A stretch of 64,000 nt of DNA from positions 184,388,001 through 184,452,000 of the forward strand of contig NC_042998.1 of NCBI RefSeq assembly GCF_006345805.1. The letters run 5' to 3'. The notes under the pieces are model-generated. The model did not search any database. It was not told the origin of the DNA and saw only the letters and a list, made by a program, of their open reading frames with translations. Of this stretch, positions 1-12,412 are shown piece after piece. Both the position numbers and the translations under genes were made by a program. Source of the DNA: Octopus sinensis. Its lineage: Eukaryota. The stretch's first letter is position 1. Every line of letters begins with the position of its first letter.

Positions 1-257
1 TCCACTCAGCTGGCAAAAATTAGTATCGCTGCAATGGACTGGCATCCCATCCAGCTGGGGAACACATATACCATTGAAACCTGAAAACCGGGCCCATGAG
101 CCTGGCTATGCTTTAAAAGGGCGCATTTATTTATTTGTTATATATTGTTAATAGTAATAATAATGTGACAACAAAAGAATAAATGACACTGATATTATGT
201 AAATTTCTCCTGCAGTTGCTTTACCAGAAATACAGCATCAATGGTGCTTCTACCCAT

Positions 258-1592
258 TACAAACCAAACTGCATCTCATCTAGGCTAACTCTCTCCCTAA
301 TTTGTTGGGCTATAACCCTCTCTGTGACTTTCAACACCTGACCCAATAATTTGATACACCTGTAGTTATTTCTGTCTAAAGTATCACCTTTCCTCTTGTA
401 GCAGTTGACTATGGTGCTGCTACACAAGTCATTGGGTATGACTCCTTCATGAACTACCTGATTTACAATGTGGGTGACAAGACCATAACCAACACAACCC
501 AATATTTTAAGTATCCCAGCAGTGATTCTTGATGGGCCTGGTGATTTTCCCTGTCTTCATATCCTTAATTACTTCATCTACCTGGGTACTGTTGATTCGG
601 ATAGCTGGTCTGTCAACTGGGTCAATATCTGTCAGACTCTCCTCCACCCATTCATTCTCCACATTCAGCAGTCTTCCATAGTGGCTTCAACAAGCCCTTT
701 TCTTTGCAGAATCATTAAATGCAAGGGCACCATCATCCATGCGGACACATTTCTTTCCTATGACATCACGGTTTTCTCTCTCACACACTGTCTTGAAATC
801 CATAATACTTCAGTTCTCTGGTCCTCACATCGCTGAGCATTAGGAAACCCCTTCTCTTCTACTACTCCCTGTCTCTTAGCTTCCCTTTTGGCTATCTGGT
901 ACATTCTCCTGCTACCCCAACTCTTACAGGCATTCCAGGCCTGTTTCTTTACACTAATGGTCGTCTACAGTATTGTTCCACCACCATGTTATAACATCAT
1001 TAGGTAAGACAAGCTGACACTGAATCAGCTTCGCTGACTGACAGGTGATGATCATTTAGGGAATGCACGGGCTAAAACTACGCGCCTTCACTAGCCAGTT
1101 AAGGTGAGACAGTGTCATGTGACAACTTGCTGGAGCCTAGCGGCAGGTATTTAAAGGGTAAAATTTGACAAGTCAGTCAGTCACCGGCTGACACTCGCTG
1201 ACGATACATCAAAGAGGCCAGGGAACAAAAGAAAGAATACATGCACCCAACACCAGAGCTGAAGACACCTCCGAAAGGGGGTAGGCCCCGCCATGTCAAA
1301 ATGGTAGAGGAGTAGGAGCCGAAACCGGACGTGGTTCCTCCTGATGATGTCTTGAGCTAACTGGATCCTGTAAAGGAGCTGTTGTGATAGCAGACCACGA
1401 AACATAGTTGTAATTCCCACCTAGGTCTGGAAAGGACATTGCACCAGTCACAGATTTGGTCTGTGTTACTCAGCAACCTGTCTCACAGGAATTCCCAGCT
1501 CCCTTCTATGTCATCAAATTTCTCGGTAAGGATATCCCTAAATCTGTGACCATATGAACGGTTCTTAAGCTTCCAAGTCCTTCTTTTCCAAT
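258..1592 (-). mobile_element. Degenerate RTE-clade LINE fragment (ORF2 RT N-terminal region), interrupted by a ~430-bp insertion at ~990-1420
   Basis: ORF 257..502 (GCVGYGLVTHIVNQVV...NNYRCIKLL...LDEMQFG) matches the RTE copy at 10083-10769; 1420-1592 is reverse-complementary to 9720-9915. Confidence 0.9.
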
Positions 1593-2072
1593 TAATAAGT
1601 AAAAAGACCTGTTGGGGCAAGTGAAATCGGAATCAAAATTGAACCAGCAGTTGCCAGTGCCGCTGGACTGACTCCTGTGCAGGTGGCAAGTAAAGAAACA
1701 CCGTTTCGACCCTGTGCTTGAGGAGACCTATTGAGTTAAGTACATCAACATCAGAAATCAATGGAAAAAGCACCATCCGAACATGGACGATGCCAGCGCC
1801 GCCTTTGACTGGTTTCCATGCCAGTGGCACATAAAAAGCACCAACCCGATCGTGGCTGTTGCCAGCCTCGCCTGACACCTGTGCTGGTGGCACGTAAAAA
1901 GCACCCACTACACTCACGGAGTGGTTGGCGTTAGGAAAGGCATCCAGCTGTAGAAATGCTGCCAGATCAGATTGGAGCCTGGTGCAGCCTTCTGGCTTCC
2001 CAGACCCCAGTCGAACCCTTCTAACCCATGCTAGCATGGAGAAAGGACGTTAAACGACGATGATGATAATGA
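1593..2072 (+). mobile_element. RTE LINE 3' UTR copy ('family C', 5'-truncated) with (GAT)n tail
   Basis: Ends gacgttaaacgacgatgatgataatgat; homologous to 11990-12412, which follows an RTE ORF2 directly. Confidence 0.85.
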
Positions 2073-2425
2073 TGGATACCACATCAATTAATGCTGTCTT
2101 GTTGTTTATTAGGCAATATTAAAACGATGACAAAGATTTTATTTAAGGTTACATTCATAATAGTAATGATGATGATCATTTCAAATTATGACCCAGGGCC
2201 AGCAATCTTTGATGTGAGTGGGAAGTTGTATACATAGAACCCAGTAATTCCTGAAAGGGATGAAAGACAAAGTCGACCTGGATGTGATTCGAACTTTCAG
2301 AGTAAAGGCGAACGAAAACACGTAACAACACTGGAAGAATATGCCCCCTTGTCTTAGATCAGTTATCTTGAAAAAAGCCCCAGGGTGTTTTCGAAAATAA
2401 CTCAGCTTTGTGAAGGATATTACTG

Positions 2426-2834
2426 AGATTTTTTCGGTTTGAACAGCAGTTTTTTCTAGCGGTGTCATATGAAATTGTCACCCATAATTATGACCCTAGT
2501 ACTGATCTATTGCATTTCAATCTATTTTAGGGTTAGGGTTAGGGGAGAGGGAAGGGTATCTTTTTTTCTTCAGTAATGTAAATAAACCCAATCTGTTTCT
2601 TAAACGAGGGACATATTCATACGGCACAGAATGTTTTTTACCTCAATAGACGTCATTGATTGGTTGAAATTGAAGAAGAAAAAACAACAAATATCTTACA
2701 AACTATAGAATTTTCTCAATAAAGCCAAGAGAAAAAGATGTTTTATAAACACATTCTATCGGTACACGAAGTTTAAAGGTCTATAGTTACGTGGAAATTA
2801 TTTAAAAAATCTGCCGGTCAAACCGAAAAGATCC
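2426..2834 (-). mobile_element. MITE 'family D' (GG-terminal TIR, internal TTAGGG), degenerate copy
   Basis: TIR (a)gattttttcggtttgaacagcag ... ctgccggtcaaaccgaaaagatcc; same internal sequence as 26991, 28065 and 36146 but inverted; no clear TSD. Confidence 0.85.
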
Positions 2835-3271
2835 AAATTTGCTGAGAGAATGGGACAAAGACAAAGACTGGAATGAATCCAGCCAGTCAGTAGAGCCGTC
2901 TATTGGAGAATTGAGGAATAGAATTATCACAAGGGAAATAACTTCTACAGCACTTCAAACATCCATTCAATTAAATTATTAATTAAGGTGCTTAATTGCC
3001 GAATACTGACTGAGTCGCTGTTTGTATCTGAATACTGTAATTTGACGAAGATTTACTTTAAGGTTGTAATGGTGATAATAATACTATTAATACTAATAAT
3101 GTAAATAATAGAATTCTGTGAACCTCTCGATGTTACAGCAATTATTTTGAAACGAAAACAGAACAGGAGAATACATTTCCTCGTCTTAATTAATAATTTC
3201 CAAACAGAAATGTTGATTTATTGTTTATGAAAACCTATGATCGACTGTTTCATGTGATATAAAGGAAATTA

Positions 3272-5119
3272 GGTTAATATAGGGCGTAACAAATATCAGA
3301 AAATCAAAAAAAAAATGTGGGTAATAGGTGTAAAACAACTTCCTATGAACGAATATGAAAAAAAAAATTCGCGCACGCGAAAGGGGGGTGGGGGAGAGGC
3401 CTCGGAAAATTCACATCGGGAAGTTCCGAAAGCGTCTGAGGGGCTGACCCGGGCACCAAAACAAAAAAAAAATAGTGTAATATGTGTAAAACAACTTGCT
3501 CTAAACGAATATGAAAAAAAAAATGCGCTCTCGCGAAAGAGGGGTGGGGGAGAGGCCTCGGAATATTTATATCGGGAATTTCCGAAAGCGTCTGAACCGG
3601 GCACAAAAACAAAAACAAAAACAGCGTAATAGGTGTAAAACAACTTGCTCTAAACGACTATCATGAAAAAAATGCGCGCTCGCGAAAGGGGGGTGGGGGA
3701 GAGGCTTCGGAAATTTCACATCTTCAGTCCACGGCCTTTAAACTAAGAAAAAATAGTGTAATTGGTGTAAAACTACTTGTTCTAAACGAGTATCAAGAAC
3801 ACACACTCACACATGAATCATAAACGTGTCAGAAACATCTTGAAATACTACAGAAATTATGTTACGAAAATGATAATGTATACATACCTCTTTGAGTGGT
3901 CCATTTGATAATGATGATAAAGAAATGAGTTGGATTTGAACTCAGAATATTGACTAACACAACTACATACTACAAGACTCAAAATATTCAGCCAAGTCAC
4001 CACCCTTTAACTAGCAATAATAATAACATCAATAACATAACAGCCAAAAGATTTATTTGTTCTGAAAATAACAATCATAGTAAATAAATATGTTCTTTAA
4101 TATTCACATTCATGTGCACAGTTAAACACACTTACATACAAACAGTCACGCATGCATAATACAGAACGGAACACATAAATGAAGGATGCATTACTTAGTA
4201 TATATTACATCTAGAGAATTTTGATTAATAAGTCAAATATGCAAATTATAAAGATAATTAATTGCTTTACTAAACAGTGTTGTAAAGGTGAAAAAATAAA
4301 TTTGGGAAAAAAATACACGCCAAAACTAATTAATAAAGGATAATTAGGGAAGGATTGACACAAAATAATAATTTTTTCTGTCTCTTTTTTTCTGATAAAT
4401 GCATCTTAATAAGTGAGAAGAATTGCATATATCTGAACTATTTCAAAGAAAAGCATAAATTTAATGTTTAAAATAGCTTTAACCAAGGAATGAGATCCAA
4501 CATTTCTTCACTTTTTCCAGAATTTCTTCTCTTCTCTTTATTTTTTTTTTTTTGCGAAATATGATTTTATGATTCATGTGTGAGTGTGTGTTCTTGATAC
4601 TCGTTTAGAACAAGTAGTTTTACACCAATTACACTATTTTTTCTTAGTTTAAAGGCCGTGGACTGAAGATGTGAAATTTCCGAAGCCTCTCCCCCAGCCC
4701 CCCTTTCGCGAGCGCGCATTTTTTTCATGATAGTCGTTTAGAGCAAGTTGTTTTACACCTATTACGCTGTTTTTGTTTTTGTTTTTGTGCCCGGTTCAGA
4801 CGCTTTCGGAAATTCCCGATATAAATATTCCGAGGCCTCTCCCCCACCCCTCTTTCGCGAGAGCGCATTTTTTTTTTCATATTCGTTTAGAGCAAGTTGT
4901 TTTACACATATTACACTATTTTTTTTTTGTTTTGGTGCCCGGGTCAGCCCCTCAGACGCTTTCGGAACTTCCCGATGTGAATTTTCCGAGGCCTCTCCCC
5001 CACCCCCCTTTCGCGTGCGCGAATTTTTTTTTTCATATTCGTTCATAGGAAGTTGTTTTACACCTATTACACACATTTTTTTTTTGATTTTCTGATATTT
5101 GTTACGCCCTATATTAACC
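3272..5119. mobile_element. Non-autonomous foldback DNA transposon with ~553-bp near-identical TIRs and 8-bp TSD (Merlin/IS1016-like ends)
   Basis: Arms 3272-3824 and 4566-5119 are reverse complements beginning GGTTAATATAGGGCGTAAC; ggaaatta occurs at 3264-3271 and 5120-5127; arms hold ~3 tandem ~150-bp subrepeats; mirrored ORFs appear in the ORF track. Confidence 0.9.
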
Positions 5120-5561
5120 GGAAATTAATTTGTAAAATAAGAGTAATGTGGCATAATTAATTAGTAAAACGAGAGGAAACCGATTGAAGAATACCACATT
5201 AATTAATGTTGTCCTGTTGTTTATGAGACACTAATTAATTGACAAGTTGACGAAGATTTACTTTAAGGTTATTTTGATAATGATGATGATGGTTCCACAT
5301 TTTGGCCCGGGGCCAGAAGTCTTTTATGCGAGCCTGAAGTCGAATACATGGAACCCAGTATTTCTCGAAAACGATGAAAGGCAAATACGACCTCGGCCGT
5401 ATTTCCACTGAGAGCTGGACTTCTTTTTCGGGATGAATAAAGTAATAATGATGATGGTTTCACATTTTGGCCCTGGGCCAGCAACGTTCTCCTTCTGTTT
5501 TATTCTTTAGTATAAAATACTTAAAAACAGATAAATCTTCCTAATTTTTTTGCATACATCT

Positions 5562-5755
5562 CTTTTTTCTCTCTTTCATTGTTTCAGTCATTTGACTGCG
5601 GCCATGCTGGAGCACCGCCTTTAGTCGGGCAAATCGACCCCGGGACTTATTCTTTGTAAGCCCAGTACTTATTCTATCGGTCTCTTTTGCCGAACCGCTA
5701 AGTAACGGGGACGTAAACACACCAGCATCGGTTGTCAAGCAATGCTGGGGGACAA

Positions 5756-5837
<82 letters not shown>

Positions 5838-5920
5838 TACGACAGGCTTCTTTCAGTTCCCGTCTACCAAATCCACTCACAAGGCATTGGTCGGCCCGAG
5901 GCTATAGCAGAAGACACTTG
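5562..5920 (-). mobile_element. tRNA-derived SINE 'family B' (5'-truncated) with internal (TA)n
   Basis: Matches full copies at 38828 and 57124 (gcggccatgctggagcaccgcc...gtagacggaaactgaaagaagcc). Confidence 0.9.
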
Positions 5921-6780
5921 TTTGTATATATTTTCATGACTTTTTTCAATTGCATTTCATTTTCTTGGAGAGATGCGTTTCTATTGGAGCTCCTTATTTT
6001 GTTTACCTGGAAAGGATACAAGGCAAAGTCGAACTGGAAGGAGTTCGTGCTTTGAAACTTAAGGTGTACTGGGCCCTACCCAATGACTCAAAAATACACG
6101 AACTACAGACAGGGCCTTTTGTGTGGCCTAGTTAGCGACTTGGTCCGCAGGGAACGGACTTTGGAGACTAAAATGTGTGTTCGAACTCTTTTTCACCATG
6201 TGTGACTGATGGAAGCGAAATAAACAATACACTGACACACTGTTGTTCCGGATTTTTTTATGTATACCCTAACAGGCTTGTAATTGTTACGATTTGTCAA
6301 GATTCGTTTGTATGTTTCCGCGTTCGGGGCAGCACATGCTGTTAACTATAAACACATGAAATATTATCACTTATAATACACTTTCTTGATGCACATACAT
6401 ATTTCTGCTCTGTATTTGTGTGGAATGTAGATAATAAAATCAACGTCGCAGTTTAAACTTGAGAAAAGCCTTGCATATTTATAACGTGCAAGTTATAGAT
6501 GTATGTGTGTGTTTTCGGCTAGGGTTCCTTCTTAGCTGCTTCATTTGTGTATGTAAATTTCTAAAAAGATAAAAGGAGATCGATGTCAAAAAAGCTGTAT
6601 TACTGATGATATAGAATAAGCAAGTTAAGAAAGATTACTAATAATTGAGTCATGAATTCTGGTCCTTGCTCTAAAACTATACGTACCCTTTGAGGTTACA
6701 GTCATCTCATAGAATTAAGAACATAGCAACATTGAGAAAATATGATTCCTCGTCTTGGATATATCAAACATTTACGATCC

Positions 6781-6901
6781 TTCGTTATAGGTACCGGAAG
6801 TGGCTTTGTTTACATTTCTGAAGATAACAGAAACCCTTTTCTGCCCCCCCCCTATATAAAAAAAAACACTTTCTTGAAATGTATCCGGTACCTATACCGA
6901 A
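6781..6901. mobile_element. Mini inverted-repeat element (18-bp IR), core shared with 16130-16240
   Basis: ttcgttataggtaccgga ... tccggtacctataccgaa (1 mismatch); core gtttacatttctgaagataacagaaaccctttt recurs at ~16135. Confidence 0.55.
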
Positions 6902-7468
6902 GTTACTCCCAAACATTGATTTTATTTTGATTGGCATGAGAAAACAAATGTAGTGTGTGGAGCATGTCATTGTGCCAGTCTTTCAATGCCTCAATTAACT
7001 CTGACCCCTAAAAACATTTAATAGATGACAATGTTAAATTTTGCAACGTTGAATTAGTGTATCATCTAACTATTCTCTTTATCTTGATGTTTCTTTTCCT
7101 ATTTCAGAATATCACCTTATGTTGACCCACAAGAAACTTCTTCATTCAGATGTGCCTTTCATATTTTGACGTCGTTTCATCAACCAAAGCAAGATGACAT
7201 AATTTATCAGCAGCATTCATCAATACATCAAAATTTATAAGAATACAATATTTTTCTTGTCTTCACTGTTTGGAATGTAGATTAAGTGATTGGCTTACAG
7301 GTTAATTAAGGTTGGATAACTTTACAAACGAGTTGACGATTTCTATCAGCTGATTTAGATATTAAGTAAGATCACAGAAGAAAGAAACACAGCTCCAAAT
7401 TCTTTTCTAGAAAAAGTTGCAGAACTGAAAACAAAGATGTTTATAGAGATGAAGGAAACATTATTATT

Positions 7469-7903
7469 GTGATATGTATAATAAATTATTCTCTCATAAT
7501 GAGCAACTTAACTAAACCAAAAAACCCAGATTCAAAAGAGAAACAACATTCCTGTGAAATCTGTGGTAAATCATTCTCTCATAGGAATACCTTGACTGAA
7601 CACAAGCATACACATACTGGGGAAAAGCCATATCATTGCGATATCTGTAGTAAATCATTCTCGTGTAGGAGTACCTTGACTGAACACAAACATACACATA
7701 CAGGAGAAGAGCCGTTTCATTGTGAGATCTGTGGTAAATCATTCTCGTGTAGGAGTAACTTGGCTCAACATAAACGTACTCATACAGGAGAAAAGCCATA
7801 TGATTGTGATATCTGTGGTAGGTCATTCTCTAAAAGGAGTAACTTGACTAAACACGAGTATACACATGCAACAGTAAAGCCATATCTTTGTAGTATGTGG
7901 TAA
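7469..7903 (+). CDS. C2H2 zinc-finger protein, 4 tandem fingers, then a frameshift into degenerate fingers
   Basis: Repeats of CxxCGKSF...L..H...HTGEKPY; candidate splice acceptor tttcttttcctatttcag ending at 7107; finger 5 loses 2 nt (tgt agt atg tgg taa). Start codon uncertain (MSNLT at 7499 is plausible). Confidence 0.8.
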   Translation: MICIINYSLIMSNLTKPKNPDSKEKQHSCEICGKSFSHRNTLTEHKHTHTGEKPYHCDICSKSFSCRSTLTEHKHTHTGEEPFHCEICGKSFSCRSNLAQHKRTHTGEKPYDCDICGRSFSKRSNLTKHEYTHATVKPYLCSMW

Positions 7904-8545
7904 ATCATTCTCTTATGGGTGTAACTTGATTCAACATGCACATACATATCCAGGAGAAAAGAAATATCATTGCGATATCTGTGCTAAATCATCCTCTTAT
8001 AGGACTTGACTCAACACAAACATACACATCATCATCATCGTTTAACATCCACTTTCCATGCTAGCATGGGTTGGACGAATGACTGAGGGCTGGCAAACCA
8101 GATGGCTGCACCAGGCTCCAATCTTGATCTGACAGAGTTTCTACAGCTGGATGCCCTTCCTAACGCCAACCACTCAGAGAGTGTAGTGGGTGCTTTTACA
8201 TGCCACCAGCACGGTGCCAATCAGGCGGCACTGGCAACGACCTCGCTCGAATCTTTTACAAATGCCACCGGCGCGAGTGCCAGTAAGGCGATGCTCAAAT
8301 GGTATATTTTACGTGCCACCGGCAAATAGTAAAGCCATATCTTTGTAATATGTGGTTAATCATTCTCTTATGGATGTAACTTGATTCAACATACACATAC
8401 ATATCCAGGAGAAAAGAAATATCATAATAATGTCTGTTAAATCATTCTCTTATAGGACTTGACTCAACACATACAGGGGAAAAAACCATATTCTGATATC
8501 TGTGGTAAATCATTTTCTAAAAAGTATCACTTGACTTAACACAAG
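7904..8545 (+). pseudogene. Degenerate C2H2 finger array continuing the first ZNF gene, interrupted by an RTE 3' UTR insertion
   Basis: Recognisable ggtaaatcattctct/catacagggga finger DNA with frameshifts; a two-finger block is repeated on either side of the 8027-8323 insertion. Confidence 0.75.
8027..8323 (-). mobile_element. RTE 3' UTR copy (family C), antisense in the ZNF array
   Basis: Begins catcatcatcatcgtttaacatccactttccatgctagcatggg (reverse complement of the family tail). Confidence 0.9.
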
Positions 8546-8680
8546 TGCCGTAATAACCCATGTAAGTTGTGCACCTGTGTAATTAACACAGGTGATTTTC
8601 AGGATATAATTTGTTCAAAAAAAGGTTTCACTTATATAAAATTCGTACTTAAAAGTTTTGAGTATTGCTGATATAGACAG

Positions 8681-8743
8681 GGAAAAAGATTTTCAATTTA
8701 GTTGTATTTAGGAAAAAGATTTTCAATTTAGTTGTATTTAGGA
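8681..8743. repeat. Perfect 30-bp tandem duplication
   Basis: ggaaaaagattttcaatttagttgtattta x2. Confidence 0.9.
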
Positions 8744-9629
8744 TAATTTCACTTACTCTTGATTGGATTTAATTAAATTTTTATTGAATAAAAGTAATTT
8801 CTATTGAACAGGTATCACATTGAAATCTATTAAATTACAAAGTGTTTGTGTTGTTTATAATAAACTTTATTTTACATTTTTTGCCCTCAAGAGATTATGT
8901 CCGATCTTTAGCATACTGCTGTATGTCTTATCAAATCATGATCACAGGAAAAGTTGTTGATGAGAATTACCAACAAAAGTGAGGCTGTGAGGCTGATAAA
9001 TATGCACAGGTGTTGCAAATTAAGTTTCCTTACCAATAAACATCAGCTTGGACGACACTTTACTCAACCAACAGAGGAAGGTGACCAATCAAGCTGATTA
9101 TGTAAACAGAATTCTTTTCTGCCTATTCATGTCGGAACCTTTTTGATACGGAGTATTCAAATTTTAATCTCTCTCACATTTGGAAAATGTGAAGCAAACT
9201 TAATAATTTGACCACACCGAAATAATGATCTGTTAATTATGATTGCACCTTGAATGTTACCCTCCGAGGCACAAGTCTGGGCTGTTTATGGAAGATCAGC
9301 AGTCGCCCATGCATACCGGCTCCCTCTCTCCATGTCACCAATGTTATCCAAGGGAAAGGCAAAGGGGGCCGATACAGCTTGGCACTTGTGACGTCGCAGC
9401 TCATTTATTAACGTGCAAGTGGTTGAGCACTCCACAGACACGTGTACCCTTAACGTAGTTCTCTGGGAGATTCAGCGTAACACAGTGTGACAAGGCTGGC
9501 CCCTTTGAAATATAGGTACAACAGAAACAGGAAGAAAGAATGAGAGAAAGTTGTGGTGAAAGAGTACAGCAGGATTCACCACCACCAACTGCTGGAGCCT
9601 CGTGGAGCTTTAGGTGTTTTCGCTCAGAC

Positions 9630-12412
9630 CCACCCGGGTGAAGAATGTGCCCCTCAGCATAGGTTAATCATTAGTGACTTTAGGCTTGAGGCCAGAAGGA
9701 TTCCAAGAAACAGACCAATCCAGAAAAGAAGGATTTGGAAGCTAAAGAACCCTTCACATGGTCAGAGATTTAGGGACATCCTCATCAAGAAATTTGATGA
9801 GAGGGAGGAGGGGCTACAGACGTTGGACATAGAAGGTAGCTGGAAATTCCTACGGGACAGCTTGCTGAGTGCCACAGACCAAGTCCGTGGATGGTGCAAA
9901 GTCCCTTCCAGACCTAGAGTTATGTGGTGGTGGTGGTGGTGGTACAGTAGACAAAGCCATTAGTGCAAAGAAACAGGCCTGGAAAGCCTGGAGGGATAGG
10001 GGTAGCAGGGAACTGTACCAGGTAGCCAAAAGGGAGGCTGGGCGGCAGGTATACATAGCCAAAGATGTAGCAGAAAAGAAGTTTGCCAATGTCCAGCGAC
10101 GTGAGGACCAAAGAACAGGTATTTCGGATTGCTAGACAGTGTGTGAGAGAAAATAGTGATGTTATAGGAGAGAAATGTGTCTGCATGGATGATGGGGCAC
10201 TTGCTTTAAATGATGGTGAAAAGAAAGAGGCTTGGAGAAGCCATTATGAAAGACTGCTGAATGTGGAGAATGAATGGGAGGAGGAGAGCCTGCCAAATGT
10301 TGACCCAGTAGAGGGACCAGCTATCCGAATAGACAGCTCCCTTGTAGTTAAGGCAATTAAGGGTATGAAACCAAGTAAAGTACCCGGCCCATCAGGAATC
10401 ACTGCTGAGATGCTTAAAACAGCTGGTTGTGTGGGCTATGGCCTAGTCACCCGCATTGTAAACCAGGTAGTTCATAATGGAGTCATACCCAATGACTGGC
10501 GTAGCAGCACCATAGTCAACTGCTACAAGGGTAAAGGTGATGCTCTAGATAGAAATAACTACAGGGGTATTAAACTGTTGGATCAGGTAATGAAGGTCAC
10601 AGAGAGGGTCATAACCCATCTCATTAGGGAGAGAATTAGCTTAGATGAGATGCAGTTCGGTTTTGTGCCAGGTAGAAGCACCACTGATGCTATATTGCTG
10701 GTCCGACAACTGCAGGAGAAGTACCTAGCTATTGTGGACTTGGAGAAAGCCTTTGACAGGGTCCCCTGATCCCTTATCTGGTGGTTGATGCGGAAACTGG
10801 AGATTGACGAATGGCTAATAAGGGCTGTACAGGCCCTATACAGAGAGGCTGTCAGCAAGGTTAGGATTGGCAACGAATATAGTGAAGAATTCCGGGTAGA
10901 AGTAGGTGTACACCAAGGTTCAGCCCTCAGTCCCCTTTTATTCATCATAGTCCTCCAGGCAATAACAGAGAAATTCAAAACAGGTTGCCCCTGGGAGCTC
11001 CTCTATGCTGATGACCTGGCTCTCATAGCAGAATCACTACCGGAACTAGAAAAGAAATTTTGGGTGTGGAAGCAAGGGTTAGAATCAAAAGGCCTTAGAG
11101 TAAATGTAGCAAAGACCAAAGTTATAGTAAACAGAAAGGTGAACCCACCAGGCACACCCTCGGGCAGGTAGCCCTGCTCGATCTGTAGGAAAGGTGTAGG
11201 TGGAAACTCCATAAGATGTACCCAGTGTAAGCTATGGATGCATAAGAGGTGCAGCAACATCAAAGGGAAATTAACTGATAAGATTGCTTTCATGTGCGGC
11301 AGATGCACAGGGACAATAGACAGCACAGATACTCAGAAAACAGATTCCATCACACTCCAGGGGTAGAAACTAGAAGTAGTTGATAGTTTCTGCTACCTGG
11401 ATGACCAAGTTAGTAGTGGAGGTGGATGCTCAGTGAGTGCCACCACTAGAATACGAATAGCCTGGGCAAAGTTTAGAAAGCTTCTACCCCTACTGGCGAC
11501 AAAGGGTCTCTCGCTCAGAGTGAAAGGTAGATTGTATGATGCATGTGTGCAAACTACCATGCTTCATGATAGTGAAACATGGGCTATGACTGCAGAGGAC
11601 ATGCATAGACTTGAATGAAATTAAGCTAGCATGATCCGCTGGATGTGTAATGTCAGTGTGCACACACGACAGAGTGTAAGTGCCCTGAGAGAAATGCTGG
11701 ACATAAGAAGCATCAGATGTGGTGTGCAAGAGTGACGCTTGCGATGGTATGGTCATGTACTGCGGATGGATGAGGAGAGATGTGTGAAGAAGTGCCGCAA
11801 CCAAACAATTGAAGGTATCAGTAGACCCAGGAAGACATGGGATGAGGTAGTCAAGCATGACCTCAGAGCATTGAGCCTCACAGAGGCAATGACGAAGGAC
11901 CGATATCTCTGGAGATATGCTGTGACTGCAAAGACCCGGGCTGCTTCCTGCACCAGATCCGCATAGCCCCTGCCCATTCAAAGTACCTTGGATTTCAGAA
12001 CATCCCGCTGTGCTTGAGGAGACCTATTGAGTCAAGTACATGAACATCGAAATAAATATCAATGGAAATAGTAGTTGTGATACCTGTGCCAGTGGCACAT
12101 AAAAAGCACCATCCGAACGTGGCCGATGCCAGCCCCGCCTAGACTGGCTTCTGTGCCGGTGGCACATTAAAAGCACCAGCCCGATCGTGGCCGCTGCCAG
12201 ACTCCCCTGGCACCTGTGTCGGTGCCATGTAAAGAGCACCAACTACACTCGCGGAGTGGTTGGTGTTAGGAAGGGCATCCAACTGTAGAAACACTGCCAG
12301 ATCAGACTGGAGCCTGGTGCAGCCTCCTGGCTTCCCAGACCCCGGTCGAACCGTCCAACCCGTGCTAGCGTGGAAAACGGACGTTAAACGATGATGATGA
12401 TGATAATGATGA
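9630..12412 (+). mobile_element. 5'-truncated RTE-clade LINE: end of APE endonuclease, RT domain, PHD-type finger insert, 3' UTR and (GAT)n tail; inactivated by stops and frameshifts
   Basis: ORFs 9553..9963, 10083..10769 (QFGFVPGRSTTDAI, VDLEKAFDRVP), 10785..11171 (GVHQGSALSPLLF, LLYADDL), 11739..11966 (RWYGHVLRM); premature stops at 10767 and 11169; tail acgttaaacgatgatgatgatg. Confidence 0.95.

Noticed and set aside
1318-1420. CTGATGA and GAAAC motifs suggesting a hammerhead
   Set aside because: I could not form a stem I adjacent to the core in any topology.
3296-5095. Mirrored ORFs of 91-115 aa
   Set aside because: They lie in the TIR subrepeats of the foldback element, have no domain motifs, and are duplicated only because the DNA is an inverted repeat.
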